Source of the DNA: Clostridia bacterium
GTDB lineage: Bacteria > Bacillota > Clostridia > CAKSNL01 > HGM11501
DNA length: 64,000 nt
Reading direction: 5' to 3'
NCBI GenBank assembly: GCA_045545475.1
Contig: JAZQAZ010000034.1
Location: 33,287 to 97,286, forward strand
Shown: positions 58,638 to 64,000 of the stretch, piece by piece
Position numbering within the stretch: position 1 is the first letter of the stretch
How the letters are laid out: each line of letters opens with the position of its first letter
Translations under genes and position numbers: made by a program
Notes under the pieces: model-generated
What the model saw: the letters and a program-made list of their open reading frames with translations, nothing else
The model's database searches: none
What the model was told of the DNA's origin: nothing

Positions 58638-59893
58638 TTATGGTTAAAGAATATTTTCCCGACGGCACGGAAATTTCTTCATGGTTTTACGATACAAAAA
58701 TCCCATCGCTTGCTGAGATGGGGAAAATATATAAAATTACAGATTACGGAATATTAAACGACGGAAGCGTGCATACCGAAAAGCTTCAGAACTTAATTGA
58801 TACGGCACATTCCGAGGGCGGTGGCGTAATTTATGTACCCGGCGGAATATTTAAAACCGGTGCACTCTTTTTCAAACAGGGTGTAAACCTTTACATAGAA
58901 AAGGGCGGCGTTTTAATGGGAAGCGATGATATATCGGATTATCCGCTTATGGAAACAAGAATCGAAGGCGAAAGCTGTATGTACTATCCTGCATTAATAA
59001 ATGCAGATAATGTTGACGGATTTGTGATTTCCGGTGAAGGCGTAATTGACGGAAACGGTCTTAAGAGCTGGAAGGCGTTCTGGCAGAGACTTAAGTGGAA
59101 CCCGAAAGCAACCAACAAGGATGAACAAAGGCCGAGGCTTCTTTATATCTCCAACAGCAAAAATGTGATTATTTCAAATCTTACTCTCCAAAATTCCCAT
59201 TTTTGGACAACTCATATATATAAGTGCAGTTTTGTTAAGTACTTAAACTTAAGAATTTTCTCGCCCGTAGCACCCGTAAAGGCACCCAGCACCGATGCCA
59301 TTGATATCGATGTCTGCACGGATGTGTTGGTTAAAAACTGTTATATGGAGGTAAACGATGATTCCGTTGTATTAAAGGGCGGAAAGGGTCCTTGGGCGGA
59401 TGAAGCACTCGAAAACGGATCAAATGAACGCATAATAGTTGAGGATTCAAAATACGGCTTCTGCCACGGATGCTTAACCTGCGGCTCGGAATCGGTGCAT
59501 AACAGAAATATAATTTTAAGAAGAGTTAAAATTGAAAAGGGTAACAACCTTTTGTGGCTTAAAATGCGTCCGGATACTCCTCAGAAGTATGAATATATCA
59601 GATTAGAGGATATAGAAGGCAGAGTTTCAAGCTTTATTAACATCAATCCCTGGACACAGTTTTTCGACCTTAAGGGAAGGGAGGATATCCCACTTTCATA
59701 TGCCGAAAATATTACGATGAAGAATATTGATATAGACTGCAACATTTACTTCAATGTAAAGGGCGACGAAAGCCAGTATCACCTTTCGGACTTTACCTTT
59801 GAAAATATAAAGGTGAGAGCAAAGGAAGACAGATTTACGGAAGGCGTTGTTAAAAATATGAAATGCATTGATGTAAATGTGGAATTAAAATAA
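58634..59893 (+). CDS. glycoside hydrolase family 28-like / pectin-lyase-fold beta-helix protein
   Basis: N-terminal KITDYGILNDGSVHTEKLQNLID...GGVIYVPGGIFKTG typical GH28; repeated beta-helix turns. Confidence 0.7.
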   Translation: MIMVKEYFPDGTEISSWFYDTKIPSLAEMGKIYKITDYGILNDGSVHTEKLQNLIDTAHSEGGGVIYVPGGIFKTGALFFKQGVNLYIEKGGVLMGSDDISDYPLMETRIEGESCMYYPALINADNVDGFVISGEGVIDGNGLKSWKAFWQRLKWNPKATNKDEQRPRLLYISNSKNVIISNLTLQNSHFWTTHIYKCSFVKYLNLRIFSPVAPVKAPSTDAIDIDVCTDVLVKNCYMEVNDDSVVLKGGKGPWADEALENGSNERIIVEDSKYGFCHGCLTCGSESVHNRNIILRRVKIEKGNNLLWLKMRPDTPQKYEYIRLEDIEGRVSSFININPWTQFFDLKGREDIPLSYAENITMKNIDIDCNIYFNVKGDESQYHLSDFTFENIKVRAKEDRFTEGVVKNMKCIDVNVELK

Positions 59894-59929
59894 ATAAATC
59901 GCTGAGGCATTGCCTCAGCGATTTATTTA
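59893..59929. terminator. bidirectional terminator
   Basis: aaataaatcgctgaggcattgcctcagcgatttattt. Confidence 0.75.
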
Positions 59930-60508
59930 TTTTCCGCTTTTTAATCTGAACTTAAGCTTTCCGATTACGTTTTCTATGGGAACCGGACCTATGACACGGC
60001 TGTCTGTAGAGTGATTGCGGTTATCTCCCATAACCCAGATATAGCCTTCGGGGACTTCGATTTCGCTTCCTGAATATACCGGGTCTTCATCGGGATTTAC
60101 ATAGGTTTCTTCAAGAAGAATTCCGTTTCTGTAAAGTTTTCCGTCTTCCATTTTAATGGTGTCACCGGGAAGGCCTATTACACGCTTAACCCAGTATATA
60201 TCATCTGTGGAAGGTTTCAAAAGCGATGTTATCACGTTGTATTTCAGTATGTCGGTAAAATCATCCGAAAGAGATCTTACACGCTGACTTCTGCTGTCGA
60301 TAACAATGACGTCTTCGTAGTCGGGGAAGGCATTGGTTAAATTGCCAATCTTTGAGATTACATATAAATCACCATGATGCAGTGTGGGAACCATTGAAGA
60401 ACCTTGCACCCTGGTAATCTGGAACACAAAAACATTCAATAAGGAAGCAATAATGAATGCGGCGGCAATGTATAAAAGCCAGCTTCCGATTTCTTTTAAG
60501 ATTTTCAC
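59927..60508 (-). CDS. lepB: signal peptidase I
   Basis: VQGSSMVPTL (box B), YWVKRVIGLPGD (box D Lys), GDNRNHSTDSR (box E). Confidence 0.88.
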   Translation of the reverse strand: MKILKEIGSWLLYIAAAFIIASLLNVFVFQITRVQGSSMVPTLHHGDLYVISKIGNLTNAFPDYEDVIVIDSRSQRVRSLSDDFTDILKYNVITSLLKPSTDDIYWVKRVIGLPGDTIKMEDGKLYRNGILLEETYVNPDEDPVYSGSEIEVPEGYIWVMGDNRNHSTDSRVIGPVPIENVIGKLKFRLKSGK

Positions 60509-60677
60509 TTAAAACAAGTCCTTTCTTAATGGGTTACTAATTATTATAGTACATAGTTTCCGCTTAGTCAATAAAAATTAAGTAACTTTTTGTCCGAAAA
60601 TTTTAATTATTTTATGACATGGTATGACATGATTTGCATCCGTTTGACTGTATAATTAAGCAAAAGAGGGTGGTTGT

Positions 60678-61583
60678 TTGATTTTGTATATAGACAGCTT
60701 CTTTTTCATCAATTTTCTTTTTGATTTTCTTATTCTCTTTATAACGGCATATCTTGGCGGAATAAAAATCTGTTTTGGGAGACTTATTCTTTCATCAGTT
60801 ATCGGAAGTATTGCTTCCTGTATAGCGGTGCTTTTCGGCTTTGTGACGTCATTTTTCTTAAAAGCCGTAGTTATTGCTTTAATGAGCCTTGTTGCCTTTG
60901 GGTTTTCGTCCTTTAAGATATATTTAAGGCAGAGCGTATTGCTGTTTACGGGATTTTTCATTCAGGGAGGTGCTGCCGGTCTTTTGTCACTTTACGGAAA
61001 GGGAGATGTTTACAGCGGCATTTATCATGTGGACTTTCCGCTTATCGGGTTTCTTTTTCTGATAGTTATGGGGTTAAGTGCTACGTTTATTATTTCAGCA
61101 GGCATAAAAGAAAGAAGAGGAAAAATATTTGTGGCGGTGGAAATTTACAAAAACGGTGAGCGTTTTAAGCTTAAAGCACTCTATGACAGCGGAAATCTTT
61201 GTACCGATGTTTTGACTAATCTGCCCGTTATAGTGGCAGAAAATATATTTCCGGGAGTGCAAACTCGGGAGAATGTATTTACAACGGCGTCGGGAATCGG
61301 AGAAATGGGGATTTTTTATCCTGATTATGTAAGGGTAAATATAAAAGGAGAAACCTATGAAGGAAAAGATATAGCAATCGGTGTTGTAAATGAAAGGCTT
61401 TCGTCTGACCGCAGGTTTAATGCATTAATTGGAGGGATTTGTTTTGACAGACTTATTAAAGAAATTAATTCATCTTCTGGCTGTATTAAGGGGAGAAGAA
61501 GGAGTTTATTACATAGGGACGGCACATCCGCTCCCACCGCCCCTGGACATACAAGAGGAGGAAAAACTTTTAAGGGAGCTTAA
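60678..61583 (+). CDS. spoIIGA: sigma-E processing peptidase SpoIIGA
   Basis: [27 protein letters not shown]-terminus, 5 TM, C-terminal protease domain with NALIGG; ORF as read overlaps sigE by ~140 nt in another frame. Confidence 0.78.
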   Translation: MILYIDSFFFINFLFDFLILFITAYLGGIKICFGRLILSSVIGSIASCIAVLFGFVTSFFLKAVVIALMSLVAFGFSSFKIYLRQSVLLFTGFFIQGGAAGLLSLYGKGDVYSGIYHVDFPLIGFLFLIVMGLSATFIISAGIKERRGKIFVAVEIYKNGERFKLKALYDSGNLCTDVLTNLPVIVAENIFPGVQTRENVFTTASGIGEMGIFYPDYVRVNIKGETYEGKDIAIGVVNERLSSDRRFNALIGGICFDRLIKEINSSSGCIKGRRRSLLHRDGTSAPTAPGHTRGGKTFKGA

Positions 61584-62148
61584 AGACGGAAACGAAAAAG
61601 CAAAGGAGGAACTTATCGAAAGAAACTTAAGACTTGTAATTTATATTGCAAGAAAATTTGAAAACACGGGAGTTGGAACAGAGGATTTGGTATCCATTGG
61701 TTCAATCGGACTTATCAAAGCCATAAACACATTTGATACGGATAAAAATATTAAGCTTGCAACCTATGCATCCAGATGTATAGAAAATGAAATTTTAATG
61801 TATCTTCGTAAAACCGGAAATCAAAGAACAGAAATTTCTCTGGATGAGCCGCTTAATACAGACTGGGATGGAAACGATTTGCTTTTATCCGAACTTCTGG
61901 GTACAGACGAGGATGTGGTGAACAGAAATATTGAAACAAAAACAGAGCATAAAATGCTTCTGGATGCTGTGGGAAGACTTGGGAAAAGAGAAAGGATAAT
62001 AATGAATTTGAGGTTTGGGCTTGACGGTTCTAATGAGAAAACTCAAAAAGAAGTGGCAGATTTGCTGGGAATATCGCAAAGCTATATATCGAGATTGGAA
62101 AAGAGAATTTTGGAAAAGCTTAAAAAGGAAATTATAAAATTAAGCTGA
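61444..62148 (+). CDS. sigE: RNA polymerase sporulation sigma factor E (pro-sigma-E); TTG start with GGAGGGA RBS (alternative TTG at 61429)
   Basis: [13 protein letters not shown] pro-sequence/region 1.2 junction, [13 protein letters not shown]..., [34 protein letters not shown] nearly identical to B. subtilis SigE. Confidence 0.9.
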   Translation: MTDLLKKLIHLLAVLRGEEGVYYIGTAHPLPPPLDIQEEEKLLRELKDGNEKAKEELIERNLRLVIYIARKFENTGVGTEDLVSIGSIGLIKAINTFDTDKNIKLATYASRCIENEILMYLRKTGNQRTEISLDEPLNTDWDGNDLLLSELLGTDEDVVNRNIETKTEHKMLLDAVGRLGKRERIIMNLRFGLDGSNEKTQKEVADLLGISQSYISRLEKRILEKLKKEIIKLS

Positions 62149-62159
62149 AAGGAATTTTT

Positions 62160-62459
62160 ATGTATATAAATAAAGTGGAACTTTCGGGAGTTAACACATC
62201 AAAGCTTCCGGTTTTGACGAAAAAGGAAAAGGAAGAGCTTCTTTTAAGAATCAAAGAAGGAGACGGCCAGGCCCGGGAAAAATTTATAGGCGGAAATTTA
62301 AAGCTTGTCCTGAGCGTTATGCAACGTTTTTCATCCCGCGGAGAAAACCCGGATGATTTATTCCAGGTGGGTTGCATAGGGCTGATAAAGGCAATTGATA
62401 ATTTTGACATTACACAAAACGTACAGTTCAGTACGTACGCAGTGCCGATGAATGTATAA
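62160..62459 (+). pseudogene. sigG: sporulation sigma factor G, 5' fragment only (99 codons; regions 3-4 missing)
   Basis: VELSGVNTSKLPVL...GGNLKLVLSVMQRFSSRGENPDDLFQVGCIGLIKAIDNFD...VQFSTYAVPM then NV*; B. subtilis SigG continues ...AVPMIIGEIRRYLRD... for ~160 more aa. Confidence 0.7.
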
Positions 62460-62465
62460 AGGCAT

Positions 62466-62512
62466 GAAAAACGCATAGCTCAAAGAAAGGTTTGAAGCTA
62501 TGCGTTATTTTT
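62466..62512. terminator. bidirectional terminator at the sigG break / end of minus-strand cluster
   Basis: gaaaaacgcatagctcaaagaaaggtttgaagctatgcgttattttttt. Confidence 0.65.
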
Positions 62513-62518
62513 TTATGT

Positions 62519-63010
62519 TTATTTTTTTATGTTTAATTTTTTAAGGAGATTTTTTAATGCTCGTTTCGGAAGGCGAAAACGATTTTTTGCCTTTTTTTCT
62601 TTAATCATTTTCTCGGTATAGCGAGAATATTCTTCGCATTCGGAGAAGATTATTTCAATATCGTCTCTTATCATTCCTGATGCCACAGCAATCATATGTT
62701 GCCTTAAAATACCTTTTTCAAGAACAGTCTGATTGTCTCCGCACATTGTATAAGCATTACGTTCTTTTCTTATAACTCTGTGAAGAACGAATTTGCCGTC
62801 ATCTCTTTTATATAAAATTATATCTCCGGCTTTTACCTCATCGGGTAACGGGGAAAGAATAACTGAATCGTATCCTTCACGGATAAGAGGAAGCATGCTT
62901 GTTCCCCTGGGCATCATTGGAAAGGTATAGCCATTTTCAAGGGTTTCCCTTATCAGTGGCTCTAAGTCCTTCATGGAAAAGCTGATGCCCATTTTAATCC
63001 TCCAGAGCAC
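62519..63010 (-). CDS. S24/S26 (signal-peptidase/LexA-fold)-like peptidase, probable Ser-His variant
   Basis: PMMPRGTSMLPLI (cf. SPase box B GSSMxPTL), GDIILYKRDDGKFVLHRVI (cf. box D ...VKRIIG, Lys->His). Confidence 0.5.
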   Translation of the reverse strand: MLWRIKMGISFSMKDLEPLIRETLENGYTFPMMPRGTSMLPLIREGYDSVILSPLPDEVKAGDIILYKRDDGKFVLHRVIRKERNAYTMCGDNQTVLEKGILRQHMIAVASGMIRDDIEIIFSECEEYSRYTEKMIKEKKAKNRFRLPKRALKNLLKKLNIKK

Positions 63011-63263
63011 CGATGGAAGAAAGGGTGCTTATAAATTTGGTTATATCGGCATTTGCTGTTGCTTCATCAACATCATATTCGTTAAGGAAAGCATCAAGGA
63101 TTTCTTCTTTGCCCTTGCCTTCCGAGATGAGGTTAAATAAAAAAACACCTGTTTCGTTTAATGTAATGATTTTATTTTTGAGGTCTGGGTTAAGAAACAT
63201 TAAAATGTTTTCTCCGGCAATTTCCTTTAATATAAAGCCTGATTTGATTTTCATTTTTATCAT
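62994..63263 (-). CDS. PqqD-family protein (RiPP recognition element-like)
   Basis: 89 aa; ...ILMFLNPDLKNKIITLNETGVFLFNLISEGKGKEEILDAFLNEYDVDEATANADITKFISTLSSIGAL matches PqqD/RRE pattern. Confidence 0.7.
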   Translation of the reverse strand: MIKMKIKSGFILKEIAGENILMFLNPDLKNKIITLNETGVFLFNLISEGKGKEEILDAFLNEYDVDEATANADITKFISTLSSIGALED

Positions 63264-63964
63264 CCTTTCTTATTCATTGTCCGCTCGGCAATGATTGCGG
63301 CTTCATCTGATATATTGCATGAAAGTCTGTATGCAGGAATATGATTTAAAAAACTGTCAAGTAGAGTGAACAGTTTTTCGGTGGCTTCTTTTTCTTCAGG
63401 TATATACAACTGGTCAAATATTTTTAAGAGAACCTCTTTGCTGCTTATGGGACAGATACTGTTTTTTTTGGATCTTTCAATAAAGCAAAGGGCACCGACC
63501 TTTGCACGGGCGTTTTTATTATAGCCTTCTTTTCCGCACCAGGGAGTGCCGTATACATAAAACTCCCCGTCAATAAGTCTGAAAATGGGTTTATCCCCGT
63601 TTATTATAAAAGAGCCGGGGAAGTTTTTGAGCCACAGCATCGAATGGGTGGTTTTTCCCGTTCCGCTTTTAGCAGTAAAGACGTAGGCAACACCTTGATG
63701 AACCACCACGGAAGAATGCATCATAAAGGCGTTATGTGAAATAACCAGCGAACAGATTTTTCTGTAAAGACAAAGGGATTCGTGATAAGGAACAGGGAAG
63801 GCGGGTTCCTTCTTTGCGGCAAGAAGGAGATCATCTTCTGTAACCTCAACGGTGAAGTCGGCTTCATCTTCGGTCGTTACTACATAATCCTTTATAAGGT
63901 CAAGGGTGCATTTATACTTTATTTTTATATCGAACAACAAGTCGCAAAGCTTAAGCTTAAGCAT
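63260..63964 (-). CDS. HPr kinase/phosphorylase C-terminal-domain-like P-loop protein (HprK-related kinase)
   Basis: Walker A FTAKSGTGKTTHS followed by G-rich loop; size and P-loop position as in HprK C-domain; overlaps PqqD gene by 4 nt (ATGA). Confidence 0.6.
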   Translation of the reverse strand: MLKLKLCDLLFDIKIKYKCTLDLIKDYVVTTEDEADFTVEVTEDDLLLAAKKEPAFPVPYHESLCLYRKICSLVISHNAFMMHSSVVVHQGVAYVFTAKSGTGKTTHSMLWLKNFPGSFIINGDKPIFRLIDGEFYVYGTPWCGKEGYNKNARAKVGALCFIERSKKNSICPISSKEVLLKIFDQLYIPEEKEATEKLFTLLDSFLNHIPAYRLSCNISDEAAIIAERTMNKKG

Positions 63965-64000
63965 TTTACACCCTCCTTACAAATATACTTATTTCAGTAT

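Noticed and set aside
361-62079. Numerous 60-150-aa ORFs on the strand opposite to, or out of frame within, well-supported genes (e.g. 361-543, 944-1264, 1261-1560, 10491-10829, 19271-19927, 22090-22509, 40568-41338, 49599-49964, 50414-50755, 50980-51273, 54177-55046, 57045-58226)
   Set aside because: They lie entirely inside confidently identified CDSs, lack RBSs and have low-complexity or skewed composition. They are treated as shadow ORFs.
62498-62540. Tandem T-rich repeat tttttttatgttta x2
   Set aside because: It lies in the C-terminal codons (…KKLNIKK-stop) of the peptidase gene and its 3' flank. It is AT-rich and not periodic beyond two copies, so it is not an array.
1-64000. CRISPR arrays, rRNA genes, transposase or integrase genes
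   Set aside because: I scanned for regularly spaced direct repeats and for recombinase-like ORFs. None are present. The only mobile-looking features are the two MITE-like elements and the duplicated 34-mer.

Overview
This window reads as a low-GC Firmicutes (Clostridia-like) chromosome that is mostly core genome with several small accessory insertions, plus one larger oddity at the right edge.

Core operons recognisable from the ORF translations:
- A mazF/ndoA toxin 3' end, a SpoIID/LytB-domain gene, then queA-tgt-yajC-secD-secF.
- galK, rsmI and ilvB/ilvN.
- PBP1A, a MalK/MsmK-type ABC ATPase, rsuA and trmL.
- murF-ddl.
- rpmG-secE-nusG-rplK-rplA-(L10 leader)-rplJ-rplL.
- L-serine dehydratase and signal peptidase I.
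- The sporulation block spoIIGA-sigE-sigG.

Accessory or unusual content:
1. Two short structured MITE-like insertions with visible target-site duplications, one exactly at the queA stop codon.
2. A single P-loop kinase gene bounded by a 34-nt direct repeat that duplicates the 3' end of the neighbouring AraC gene.
3. An AraC-controlled Gfo/Idh/MocA oxidoreductase, glycyl-radical activase and short (738 aa) glycyl-radical enzyme locus with an atypical Cys loop.
4. A 944-aa orphan protein with one C-terminal membrane anchor, followed by tRNA-Thr(CGT) and a hairpin-rich leader with a 13-nt copy of the tRNA 3' end.
5. A 6.3-kb oxidoreductase/amidohydrolase/transporter block bracketed by an inverted 27-nt element in two 3' UTRs.
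6. A PIG-L deacetylase plus long NagB-like pair.
7. A MurF whose N-terminal domain is replaced by transmembrane helices.
8. A GT2 glycosyltransferase, multipass membrane protein and SLH-protein module.

The most interesting spot is the right edge. sigG stops after codon 99, exactly where three overlapping minus-strand genes begin: an HPr-kinase-like P-loop protein, a PqqD-like RRE, and a signal-peptidase-like protein with His in place of the catalytic Lys. This RiPP-like/uncharacterised cluster runs off the window.

No CRISPR array, rRNA or obvious transposase/integrase was seen. Coordinates of several starts are adjusted from the ORF track using RBS positions; all functional calls are by eye from motifs, not by search.
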